This document shows, one piece after another, positions 28,053 to 36,827 of a stretch of DNA of 64,000 nt. The notes under the pieces are model-generated. The model did not search any database, was not told where the DNA came from, and saw nothing but the letters and a program-made list of their open reading frames with translations. Origin of the DNA: a bacterium (GTDB taxonomy: Bacteria > Patescibacteriota > Minisyncoccia > Minisyncoccales > GWA2-46-15); NCBI GenBank assembly GCA_030704795.1, contig JAUYCZ010000015.1, forward strand, positions 27,540-91,539, in the 5' to 3' direction. The stretch's first letter is position 1; every line of letters begins with the position of its first letter. Made by a program: the position numbers and the translations under genes.

Positions 28053-28631
28053 TTACAAACCCAGCTCCGAAGATATCTCCTGCATGGCCGACAAAGCGAT
28101 TTGGATAAATTCGGCTAAGGGAATGCCGAGGCGCGCTTCACACTCCTGAATCTGTTCTCTTTTGACGCCGGCGGCAAAAGACTTTTCTTTCCATTTGCCG
28201 AGAACGTTTTCCACCGTCAATAAAGATAGTTTTTTCTCCGGCCGGATCAGAGCGACCGCCACGATCAAACCGGTCAGCTCATCGCAGCAGTAAAGCGACC
28301 ATTCAAGTTTGTTTTTGGGAGAATTTTGGCCAGTGTGACTGAAATTGTGCGAAAGAATCGCCCCAATGATCTCCGCATCAGCTTCACCTATTTCTTTCAA
28401 CCATCCGACCATTTTCAAAGTGTGCTGTTCCGGAGTGGCCTTGGTTTCTTCGTAATCGCCGTCGTGCAAAAGGCCGACGATTCCCCATTTTTCTTGGTCT
28501 TGGCCAAAATACTTGGCTAAAGCTCGCATCACCGCCTCAACCGAATAGCAATGCCGCCGGAGATTCACCGACTGCATTTTTCCGTGCAAAAGTTCTAACG
28601 CCTGGTTCCGATTAATCATGGATTTTTGCAA
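28053..28631 (-). CDS. HD-domain phosphohydrolase
   Basis: H...LLHDGDYE HD motif. Confidence 0.65.
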   Translation of the reverse strand: MQKSMINRNQALELLHGKMQSVNLRRHCYSVEAVMRALAKYFGQDQEKWGIVGLLHDGDYEETKATPEQHTLKMVGWLKEIGEADAEIIGAILSHNFSHTGQNSPKNKLEWSLYCCDELTGLIVAVALIRPEKKLSLLTVENVLGKWKEKSFAAGVKREQIQECEARLGIPLAEFIQIALSAMQEISSELGL

Positions 28632-28656
28632 AAAGGTGTCAGGAACCTTTTTGTAA

Positions 28657-28851
28657 CTAATTTGAATGTTTTTGAGGAACGACGAAAACAGAAGCTATAT
28701 AAACAATCGTTCCCGGGAAAAAACCGGTAAAGATCGTCAGTAATAGCCAGGCGACCCTTAAAATGACGGGGTCAAGGTCAAAATATTCACCCAGACCGCC
28801 GATGATCCCCGCGAAAACCTTGTTGTTTTGACTTCGATAAAGTTTTTTCAT
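28657..28851 (-). CDS. PspC-domain small membrane protein
   Basis: 64 aa, VFAGIIGGLGEYFDLDPVILRVAWLLLTIF PspC consensus. Confidence 0.7.
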   Translation of the reverse strand: MKKLYRSQNNKVFAGIIGGLGEYFDLDPVILRVAWLLLTIFTGFFPGTIVYIASVFVVPQKHSN

Positions 28852-28900
28852 GAAATTACTTTTTAATAATTTTATGGCTGACCGTTTTTAGATTTTAGAT

Positions 28901-28975
28901 GGTGACTGTCACCTCGATAGCTACGAACAAATTTGTTCCTAAATTTCGCATTTGGCGTGAATTTGATCAAAAATC
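28901..28975 (-). repeat. Partial, diverged copy of intergenic repeat family R1 (palindrome GGTGACTGTCACC, CGAACAAATTTGTTC, AATTTGGCG blocks)
   Basis: Compare 52025-52160 and 54256-54391. Confidence 0.5.
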
Positions 28976-29000
28976 CTTTTGTTCGAACAATAAAAGGTTC

Positions 29001-29034
29001 CTGACACCTTTTCTTTCTGACACCTTTTCTTTCC
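29001..29034. repeat. Tandem 17-mer CTGACACCTTTTCTTTC x2
   Basis: Read directly. Confidence 0.7.
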
Positions 29035-29289
29035 CCTAGGAGTGTCTCATCTACCCGTCTCGGTCCCCCTTCGTTAAAACTACGGCGGGACAAGTCGGGG
29101 TCATTTTAGCACAAATGAGACAAAAACAAAAAACCGCGCTCTTGGCGGTTTTTTGGATTCTGCTCGCCCAATGAGACGAGTTTCGCATAATGAAGTGGAT
29201 AGAATTGATACATTATCCTGAACTTACCACAAAACAGACCAAAGAGCTATTGGCTCTGGTTTGATATTGCAAACAAACTCGTCTGGCTC

Positions 29290-29898
29290 CTATTCAGATG
29301 AGCAAAGACATTCGTATGTTGCAGCTATCCCACACGCGAATTCGCTTTCACATAACTCCTTAGCGATAGGTTGAACACTCCATCCCTCTTCTCCCTTTTC
29401 AGCGCACGCTGTCCGAGTGATGCATGTTTCTTCACTTGGAACACAGGTAGCACCTTCACACACACCCACTTGTCCATTTATCTGGCATGATGTCGGTTCT
29501 AGCGGGATTCCATGAATGCAGCCCGGTCTCAATCCCGTCGAGCATACGTCACTCGTGCAGGAGTTTCCATCATCGCAATCTGCATTTGTCTTGCACGCGC
29601 CGCCACAGGTACTATTGATATAGCCTTGCAATGCAGGAAGCCCGCCAGTGCGGAATGTTTCAATACCATTTTTAGCACAAGTGCCCATAACTTGATTGGT
29701 TGCCGTTTTGTCCTGATACTCAGCAATTGTTGCTTTACTTTGGCAACAATTGACGAGACTTTGAAGCGTGGTTGCGGGCTCAACGCCTGGTGGATTTCCA
29801 GATCTACCAGCGCCTGGAACTGCATTAGCAGTATTCAACAGACCAACTATAGCTACTACAGTCACAATTGCTACTATGGTTAAATTTTTGGTTTTCAT
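29290..29898 (-). CDS. secreted cysteine-rich protein with a Myxococcus-type cysteine-rich repeat (CDDGNSCTSDVC)
   Basis: Signal peptide, about 24 Cys in 202 aa, DCDDGNSCTSDVC motif. Confidence 0.55.
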   Translation of the reverse strand: MKTKNLTIVAIVTVVAIVGLLNTANAVPGAGRSGNPPGVEPATTLQSLVNCCQSKATIAEYQDKTATNQVMGTCAKNGIETFRTGGLPALQGYINSTCGGACKTNADCDDGNSCTSDVCSTGLRPGCIHGIPLEPTSCQINGQVGVCEGATCVPSEETCITRTACAEKGEEGWSVQPIAKELCESEFACGIAATYECLCSSE

Positions 29899-29975
29899 AG
29901 TTATTATTCCCTAGAACGTTTTAGATAAAACGACCTTTATGTGTGGATTTGATGTAATGATTGTTCGTGTCGTGA

Positions 29976-30311
29976 CTACAATCCAGAGAGATCAGTTTCA
30001 ATTGCTTTGAGTTCGGCATCAAGACCCGAAAGATTGGTTTCGTTGAGGTCGGCCTTAATGGCGTCGAGTTCGTCGGAAGAACGCACGGTTTGCAACTTTT
30101 CTGCAAGCGCGTCTTCTCCAGAAGGCATCTGAAGCCCCGCGTCTTGAAGCGCCTGTTGTTCCTCTGAAGAAAGTTCAATCGGCGTTAAATCCTGCTCAAT
30201 TATAAGGGATTCTTGTTGATACGAGGGCCCGCGATTCAAGAAGAATAATACTCCTCCAGCAACAACAAGAATAATAATCGCAATTGTAAGTGTGTTTTTA
30301 TTTATAGCCAT
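29976..30311 (-). CDS. small membrane-anchored acidic protein, unknown function
   Basis: Signal anchor then Glu/Asp/Leu-rich region. Confidence 0.45.
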   Translation of the reverse strand: MAINKNTLTIAIIILVVAGGVLFFLNRGPSYQQESLIIEQDLTPIELSSEEQQALQDAGLQMPSGEDALAEKLQTVRSSDELDAIKADLNETNLSGLDAELKAIETDLSGL

Positions 30312-30313
30312 GA

Positions 30314-31411
30314 TTATTTGTTGAGCGCTGATCTGGAACTGTTGTAATTGTTGCCTTGTATATACACCTCAATAATTATAGCGCGAAGGTTTTCTATTTC
30401 CACCTTAAGCTCTGTGGCTATCGCGCGGGCTTCTTTTGCGACTCCCCCCACGTTTTCACCAAGAAGCAGTGATTCATATTTCGTCTTAAGTTCTTCCATC
30501 TTTGCCTCGCTTTCAACGCTCATATTTTTGGCTTCCTCAATGAGCAGAATGGTCGAAGATACATCAATTCCTTGCGCTTCAAATTTTTCAATCCGCGATT
30601 CCAGCCTGCCTAAAATATGGTCAAACCGGGCCATTGCCGAGCGGAAACGATTGAGCATGCGCAATCCTTTGCCATGAGCAAGAGCAATGCGATTCCCGTC
30701 GGCTGTATCTATCTTGAGGAATCGGAAATTATCGCGAAGTTCTTTTGCGTTCTCGCGAATACCAAGATTCACGGATACTATTTCTGTCAGGAATATTCCG
30801 CGGTTGGCTCGGAGTTCATTTATGAAGTTTTTGCGCTCTTCGGGCGCGGTGGCAGATTTCAAATTCTGTATAGCGCTCGTCTGCTCGTCGTGAAATACTT
30901 CTCTCCCGGCTTCGCGTGCTACTTGCGCGGCCCTTGCGTCTTGCGACTCTCCAGGGATTCCTTGAATTTTAATATATGGTTTAGATCGCGGAGTGTCTCC
31001 TGCGTCAGGAACAGAAACTGCCTCCGTGCTTTTAATATCAATTCCGTCGAGTTTTAGAAATATTCCTTGAACTCCTTCCTCATTTATTCCGATTGCAATC
31101 AGAAACGATTTAAGCTCGGCTTCGTAGACCCCGCCGCCCTCAAGCGCTTCCGTGACTTTGTTGATGTCCGCGCCGCCAACGCCGTAGGAGAGAAGAATAT
31201 TGCCAACCTCCATCCTTACTAGCCCAACAGATTTATTTGACAGCGAAGAACCGTACCTTTGGGTAGAAACTTTACCTCCAGGAATCTGTTCAATGTATAT
31301 ATGGAGCCCCGGTACCGGGTCGCCGGCAAAGACAGGAATGCCAAAGCTCACTGCAAGTCCGGCAGTAAACACCATCCCCGTGATCAATATTGTAATTATT
31401 TTTCGATACAT
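30314..31411 (-). CDS. secreted protein with N-terminal beta region (motifs FLKLDGIDIKS / IKIQGIPGESQD) and C-terminal coiled coil
   Basis: Signal peptide; no confident family. Confidence 0.5.
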   Translation of the reverse strand: MYRKIITILITGMVFTAGLAVSFGIPVFAGDPVPGLHIYIEQIPGGKVSTQRYGSSLSNKSVGLVRMEVGNILLSYGVGGADINKVTEALEGGGVYEAELKSFLIAIGINEEGVQGIFLKLDGIDIKSTEAVSVPDAGDTPRSKPYIKIQGIPGESQDARAAQVAREAGREVFHDEQTSAIQNLKSATAPEERKNFINELRANRGIFLTEIVSVNLGIRENAKELRDNFRFLKIDTADGNRIALAHGKGLRMLNRFRSAMARFDHILGRLESRIEKFEAQGIDVSSTILLIEEAKNMSVESEAKMEELKTKYESLLLGENVGGVAKEARAIATELKVEIENLRAIIIEVYIQGNNYNSSRSALNK

Positions 31412-31552
31412 GAATTCTCTTAGTGTACGTTAAGGATTACTGTATTTTGTCTTACAAATCTACTTTACCACCAGTCGTACGAGCGTCAAGGCTGCTTTGA
31501 TAAGGACTCAGGATCCATTGGGGTCTCGGTCTCCTCGATACTTCCAACCTTG

Positions 31553-31566
31553 GCTGCGGGGCTTGG
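31553..31566. repeat. 14-bp direct duplicate of the tRNA-Gln 3' end (GCTGCGGGGCTTGG), att-like
   Basis: Identical string at 31905-31918 inside the tRNA. Confidence 0.5.
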
Positions 31567-31572
31567 TATCCT

Positions 31573-31869
31573 TCACTTACGTTTCGGACTACCCTTGCGC
31601 CCCTCCACAAAATCCTTCTTCAGGGCTACGGAAACAAGTCTTTTATATGCAAAGGATTTCCCTGAACCGGTTTTAAGATATTGCTCAAAATCTCTTGATT
31701 CTTTTTCCGTTCCAAATGTGCCATACCATACTAATTTCCAAGGTATATGTGGTTTAGTAGATTTTACTTCACCACGATTATGAGACAAAACCCTTCTTTT
31801 CAAATCATCGGTCGAACCAAAATAGAAAATATGAGATTTTGAACTTAATAATATATAACAATAATACAT
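31573..31869 (-). CDS. GIY-YIG nuclease family protein
   Basis: YCYILLSSKSHIFYFGSTDDLKRRVLSHNRG is a GIY-YIG motif. Confidence 0.75.
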   Translation of the reverse strand: MYYCYILLSSKSHIFYFGSTDDLKRRVLSHNRGEVKSTKPHIPWKLVWYGTFGTEKESRDFEQYLKTGSGKSFAYKRLVSVALKKDFVEGRKGSPKRK

Positions 31870-31905
31870 TTTGGCTTGCTATTCCGTAGCCTTGGCGAAG
31901 GATAG

Positions 31906-31976
31906 CTGCGGGGCTTGGATTCGAACCAAGATAAATGGATTCAGAGTCCATTATCCTACCATTAGATGACCCCGCA
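31906..31976 (-). tRNA. tRNA-Gln (anticodon CUG)
   Basis: Manual fold: acceptor TGCGGGG/CCCCGCA, T-arm CTTGG-TTCGAAT-CCAAG, anticodon loop CTCTGAA. Confidence 0.7.
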
Positions 31977-31980
31977 ATGA

Positions 31981-32889
31981 TCACTTGTCTAAATATCTCC
32001 GGATGGCAATCAGGCTGGAAAAGATGCTCAGGCCGGCGCCGCTTAAAATCTGTAAGCCAAAGATAATGAAAAAATTGCCAAGGAAATACTGAAAGAGGTT
32101 AAAGCCGGAGGTCAAATAAAGAACCTTGGGAGAAAGAGAATAGCTCAAGGCCAGAAACAGCACCAGGCTGATCAAAAAGGCCAAAACCCCGCAAATTATT
32201 CCCTGGATTAAAAACGGTCCGCGGATAAACCAATTATCAGCGCCCACCAGCCTCATGATGCCGATTTCTTCTGAAGCCGAATAAATGGCCAGCCGGATGG
32301 TCACAAAAGTCAGGGAAAAGGCGATAAAAGCCAGAATCAGGGTCAGGACTAGTCCGGTTCTCTGTAAATTATTGATCAAAGAGTAGAAACTTTCAATGAC
32401 GGGCTTTCTTTGGTAATAATCAACTTTATCTATTAGGCTTTCAAAACGGGCGTTTTGCAAAAACCGGTTGATCGTTTCGTAATTGGAAACGCTGCCAGCC
32501 CGGATATTTAAAGAAGCTAAAAAAGGATTATCCCCCGCTTCCTCGAGCGCCCGGTTAATCGTTTCGTTGTCCTTGTGCTTTTCTTTAAAGATTTCCAGGG
32601 CCTGGTCTTGGGAAACATAAGCGACGCTTTTGACCTCAGGCAGCTCCAGGAGCAAATCCTTTGTTTTGAGAATTTCCGTTTCGATCGAATCTTCTTTAAA
32701 GTAAACCGAGATATCAAATTTCTTTTCCAGGGAATCCATCAAAAAGCTCGACATGCCCCGGAACAGGAAAATCGAAGTGACCAGAGAAATGGTCAAAACC
32801 ATGACGAAAATCGTCACCCCGGACAAGCCTTGGTTTCTCCGAAAACTCAACCAGCCGGCCCGAATGATTCTTTTTAAAGAAATAAACAT
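31981..32889 (-). CDS. ftsX: cell-division ABC transporter permease FtsX
   Basis: N-terminal RAGWLSFRRNQGLS, 4 TM, follows ftsE. Confidence 0.8.
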   Translation of the reverse strand: MFISLKRIIRAGWLSFRRNQGLSGVTIFVMVLTISLVTSIFLFRGMSSFLMDSLEKKFDISVYFKEDSIETEILKTKDLLLELPEVKSVAYVSQDQALEIFKEKHKDNETINRALEEAGDNPFLASLNIRAGSVSNYETINRFLQNARFESLIDKVDYYQRKPVIESFYSLINNLQRTGLVLTLILAFIAFSLTFVTIRLAIYSASEEIGIMRLVGADNWFIRGPFLIQGIICGVLAFLISLVLFLALSYSLSPKVLYLTSGFNLFQYFLGNFFIIFGLQILSGAGLSIFSSLIAIRRYLDK

Positions 32890-33588
32890 CTAGATAACGA
32901 ATTTACCTTTCTCTTTATCACTGATAATGCGGCCACTTTCGAGGCTAATGACTCTTTTTTCCAGACTATTGATAATCTCCTGGTCGTGAGTGGCGAGAAT
33001 GACGGTGGTGTCTAATTTATTGATCTTGACTAAGAGCTTGATGATATCCCAGGTGTGATAGGGATCAAGGTTGCCCGTGGGTTCATCGGCGATGATCACT
33101 TCGGGCCGATGAATCAGGGCCCGGGCGATCGAGACTCTTTGTTTTTCGCCGCCCGACAACTCCGAGGGAAAGTGCTGAAGACAATGTTCTAAACCAACAA
33201 TTTTGAGCACCTTGGGCACTTCGGTCTTGATCTGTTCTTCAGGGGCGCCGATCACTTCGAGGGCATAGGCAATATTCTCAAAAACCGTCTTCTTTGGCAA
33301 GAGCTTGTAGTCCTGGAAGACGACGCCGACTCGCCGCCTCAATTTAGGCAAATCTCCCTTTTTGATTTTATTGACTTCGAGATTGTCAAAGAAAACCCGG
33401 CCCTTGGTCGGCCTTTCCTCGCCGATGAGTAATTTAATCAAGGTGGTTTTGCCGGCGCCGGATTTGCCCGCCACCAAAACAAACTCCTTATCCTTGATCT
33501 CAAAAGAGATGTCTTTTAGAGCCACGGTCTGATTCTTTTCTAAATGATTGGCGGGATAGATTTTACTGACGCCCTGGAATTTGATCAT
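32890..33588 (-). CDS. ftsE: cell-division ABC transporter ATP-binding protein FtsE
   Basis: Walker A GKSGAGKTT, signature LSGGEKQR, Walker B IIADEPTGNLD. Confidence 0.85.
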   Translation of the reverse strand: MIKFQGVSKIYPANHLEKNQTVALKDISFEIKDKEFVLVAGKSGAGKTTLIKLLIGEERPTKGRVFFDNLEVNKIKKGDLPKLRRRVGVVFQDYKLLPKKTVFENIAYALEVIGAPEEQIKTEVPKVLKIVGLEHCLQHFPSELSGGEKQRVSIARALIHRPEVIIADEPTGNLDPYHTWDIIKLLVKINKLDTTVILATHDQEIINSLEKRVISLESGRIISDKEKGKFVI

Positions 33589-33593
33589 TTTGA

Positions 33594-34701
33594 TTAATGT
33601 CTTAACAGTCTCATCTCGGCTTCGACAAATTGATCTAACTTGCCGTCTAAAACCTCTTCGACCTGACTGGTTTCAACTTCGGTCCTTAAATCCTTGACTA
33701 GCTTGTAAGGATGCAAGACATAAGAGCGGATCTGGTTGCCCCAGCTGGCCGATTGTTTCTCCCCCTTTAATTGATTGGCCTCCTTTTCTCTTTTTTCTTC
33801 TTCCCGCTGAACCAATTTTGACGTCAGTACGGCCATGGCTTTCTTGCGGTTGTCTCCCTGGGTTCTCTCGACCTGGCAAGCGACAACCAGACTCGTGGGC
33901 AAGTGGGTGATCCTGACCGAACTTTCTCTTTTGTTGACATTCTGTCCGCCCGGACCCGAGGCCCGATAAAATTCGATTTTCAAGTCTTCTGGCCGAATTT
34001 GGATTTCTTTTTCGTCTTCGATTTCCGGCATCACCTCAACTTTGGCAAACGAAGTGTGGCGTAAGGCCTGGGACGAAAAAGGCGAAAGGCGCACCAGGCG
34101 GTGCACGCCCGCCTCCCCTTTTAATAATCCGTAGGCGTTGTGTCCCTCCACCTCGAAAGTGACGGATTTAGTGCCGATTCGGCCATCGGGTCCGCCGCCT
34201 TCGCCGAAAGACTGATCCAATATTACAGCCGACCAGCCCTGCCTTTCACCATAGCGCTGGTACATCCGCAAAAGCATCGTCGTCCAATCCTGGCTGTCTT
34301 GACCGCCCGCCCCGGCCATCAAAGAAAGAATGGCATTAGAACTATCATATTTTCCCGAAAGAAATATCTTTAATTCTTCCCGGTCAATCTTTTTTTCGAG
34401 ATCGGCGATCTTTCTTTCTAGTTCATCGTTTAATGACTGGTCTTCGCCGAAAACACTGGCCATTTCCTCTACCTCCCTGATTTCTGCCTCCAGATTATTG
34501 AGATTAGCCACGTCTTCTTTCAAGATCGATAGTTTCTGAAGAACCTTTTTTGCTCCTGGTTGATCTTGCCAGAAATCCGCTTCCGCCGACTTAAGGCTTA
34601 ACTCTTTAATTTGCTTTTCTTTCTGGACAACGTCAAAGACAGTCCGCCAGCTGACGGTATTTAGTTTTTAAAACTTCGATGTCGGAATTAATTGTTTTCA
34701 T
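33594..34701 (-). CDS. prfB: peptide chain release factor 2, requires programmed +1 frameshift at CUU UGA C (UGA at 34633-34635)
   Basis: SPF tripeptide, GGQ motif; upstream short frame MKTINSDIEVLKTKYRQLADCL-stop; the +1 frame continues DVVQKEKQIKELSL... into the ORF. Confidence 0.8.
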
Positions 34702-34743
34702 CACAAAACAGGTTAATTCAGGCTAATTCTAACAGAAAACTGA

Positions 34744-34813
34744 GCCGATGGACAGAATCGAACTGTCGTCCGCGGTTTACGAAACCGCTGCTTTGCCACT
34801 AAGCTACATCGGC
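34744..34813 (-). tRNA. tRNA-Thr (anticodon CGU)
   Basis: Manual fold: GCCGATG acceptor, T-arm ACAGTTCGATTCTGT, anticodon loop TTCGTAA. Confidence 0.65.
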
Positions 34814-34904
34814 AAAGAAACCACCTCCATCCTAGCAAAAACAGGTTAAAACTGCTAGATTAAAAACATTATAACGGGCAGTAGCCCGATATATCGTAAT
34901 CGCT

Positions 34905-36020
34905 ATGAAGTATCTAAAACAAATTAAGATCGGGAAGAAAATCCTGCGTTTTCCCGTCTATTTCCCCGATGCCACCCGGGCGGTCATTCGCAGCCTCGAC
35001 AACCGGGACCTGTTGGAGGCGGGTATCGAAGGCCTGATTTTGAATCCTTACCACTTAATGTCTCTGCCCGGAACTAAAATCATCAAAAAGTTGGGTGGGA
35101 TTAAAGCTTACATGAACTGGCCGGGCCTGGCCATTACCGATTCGGGCGGTTGGCAGCTTTTGTCTCTGATCTACAAAGATAAATCCTTTGGCCAGGTGAC
35201 GGACAAGGGCGTGATTTTCCATAAAGGTTCTCTGGGCGAAAATAAAAAACACGTCTTGACTCCGGAAAGATCCATCCAGGTCCAAATGGACCTAAAGGCA
35301 GATATTATTATCTGCCTTGATGATTGCCCGGGCAAAAAAGCCACCAGAAAAGATTATGAAACGAGCGTCAGAAGAACCATTGACTGGGCTGGGCGCTGTA
35401 AAGCCGAATATGAAAAACAACTTAAGAAGAGGAAAACTCCAACAGGGGCCAGACCCCTGTTGCTGGCCGTGGTTCAGGGCGGGTCAGACAAAAACCTCCG
35501 GGCCGAATGCGCTCGAGAGTTGGTCAAAATCGGTTTTGACGGCTATGGCTGGGGCGGCTGGACCGCCGACAAAAAGGGCCACCTGAATATCGAAATCGCC
35601 AAGTTCATTGTTTCTCAACTGCCCGAAGATAAACCAAAATTCGCCCTGGGCGTGGGCTATCCCTGGGACATTATCGATTCCTTTAAGGTGGGCTACCATA
35701 TTTTTGACTGTGTCATTCCCACCCGGGAAGCCCGGCACAAACGACTCTATGCCTGGACCAAGAATCCGAATAAAGTAAACTTATTAAAAACCGACGCCCG
35801 CAGCCTTTTTCAATTCTTTTACCCAAACAAAGAAAGATATTCCCGCGACCAGAGACCGGTGGACCGATTCTGCGATTGCCGACTTTGCCAAAATTATTCC
35901 CGGGCCTACTTACGCCATCTTTTTAAGATCGGTGATTCCCTGGCCTGGCGGCTGGCTACAATACACAATTTGAGAGTTTACAGCAAATTAATAGAGTTGT
36001 TGAGAAAAAATGTCAGCTAA
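34905..36020 (+). CDS. tgt: queuine tRNA-ribosyltransferase
   Basis: LGVGYPWDIIDSFKVGYHIFDCVIPTR and zinc site CDCRLCQNYSRAYLRHL. Confidence 0.85.
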   Translation: MKYLKQIKIGKKILRFPVYFPDATRAVIRSLDNRDLLEAGIEGLILNPYHLMSLPGTKIIKKLGGIKAYMNWPGLAITDSGGWQLLSLIYKDKSFGQVTDKGVIFHKGSLGENKKHVLTPERSIQVQMDLKADIIICLDDCPGKKATRKDYETSVRRTIDWAGRCKAEYEKQLKKRKTPTGARPLLLAVVQGGSDKNLRAECARELVKIGFDGYGWGGWTADKKGHLNIEIAKFIVSQLPEDKPKFALGVGYPWDIIDSFKVGYHIFDCVIPTREARHKRLYAWTKNPNKVNLLKTDARSLFQFFYPNKERYSRDQRPVDRFCDCRLCQNYSRAYLRHLFKIGDSLAWRLATIHNLRVYSKLIELLRKNVS

Positions 36021-36822
36021 AGAACTCGCCCGAAAAATCCTCGCTTCCAAAAAATACTCATCCCTTTACCCAAAGACGGTTTTAAGAATTGCCGAGGATT
36101 GTCTATCCAAGTATCCCGAAAAAGAAGTGGAGAAGAAAGCTCGTCAGCTCCTGCATCAGATTTGGGGCATTTTCTACCCGACTCGCCCCGATTTCAATAA
36201 ACTGTTAGAGAAATTTAAAGAAACCATCAAAATTGTGGGAGGTCGGACCTCCCACAAACTAAGCTCTCAAGAAGTTAAAGAGGCGGCCTGGCCCATCTTG
36301 AAACTGCACGCCTCGACTAAAGAAAGGATCCCCTTTCTCGACCAGTTTTACAATCAAATCTTCCGGGTTACCGGTCAGCCCAAAATCATCATCGACTTAG
36401 CCTGCGGACTCAACCCTCTCACCTATTTCTGGCTGCCCAAGGGGGTCAAATATTTTGCTTTTGACATCGACCAAGAACAAGCCCAATTTCTGGCTTCGGT
36501 CTTTAAACTTCTGAAGGTAAATCGTGTTAAGATTGGTTTGGGAGATGTTTTTGGGGATCGTTTTCCCAAAGCCGACGTCGTCTTCCTGCTCAAAATCCTG
36601 CCCTTGATCCGGCAACAGCAAAAGACCCAGAGCCTGGAAATCCTGGAAAAACAGGATGCCAAATATGTTGTGGTTTCCTTCCCCACCAAAACCGTTTCGG
36701 GCAGAGAGAAAGGCATGGCCGATTTTTACACTAAACAGTTTGAAGAATTAATAAGAGAAAAACCCTGGGCAATCAAAAAGATCCTTTTTCCCACCGAACT
36801 CGTCTTCGTGATTAAAAAATAA
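36010..36822 (+). CDS. 16S rRNA (guanine1405-N7)-methyltransferase, ArmA/Rmt (FmrO) family
   Basis: Blocks recalled from RmtB/ArmA: ILASKKY..L.P.TV, LHQIWG, LKLHASTKER, IDLACGLNPL, VVFLLKILPL, VSFPTKTVSGREKGM, ELVFVIKK. Confidence 0.7.
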   Translation: MSAKELARKILASKKYSSLYPKTVLRIAEDCLSKYPEKEVEKKARQLLHQIWGIFYPTRPDFNKLLEKFKETIKIVGGRTSHKLSSQEVKEAAWPILKLHASTKERIPFLDQFYNQIFRVTGQPKIIIDLACGLNPLTYFWLPKGVKYFAFDIDQEQAQFLASVFKLLKVNRVKIGLGDVFGDRFPKADVVFLLKILPLIRQQQKTQSLEILEKQDAKYVVVSFPTKTVSGREKGMADFYTKQFEELIREKPWAIKKILFPTELVFVIKK

Positions 36823-36827
36823 TTATC

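Larger units (their letters stand above)
28630..29012. repeat. Perfect 21-bp inverted repeat AAAAGGTGTCAGGAACCTTTT (28630-28651 / 28992-29012) bracketing a pspC-domain gene and a partial R1 repeat
   Basis: Read directly on both strands. Confidence 0.65.

Noticed and set aside
28852-29290. tmRNA / SRP RNA / 6S RNA in the long non-coding patch
   Set aside because: I could not find a tRNA-like 3' end with a tag ORF, an SRP domain IV motif or a 6S-like bubble. It is left as an unassigned structured region.
30314-31411. Hcp/T6SS tube protein call for the 365-aa protein
   Set aside because: It only has short motif resemblance (LKLDGI / IPGES). The protein has a signal peptide and a long coiled coil, unlike Hcp. 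No other T6SS genes are present.
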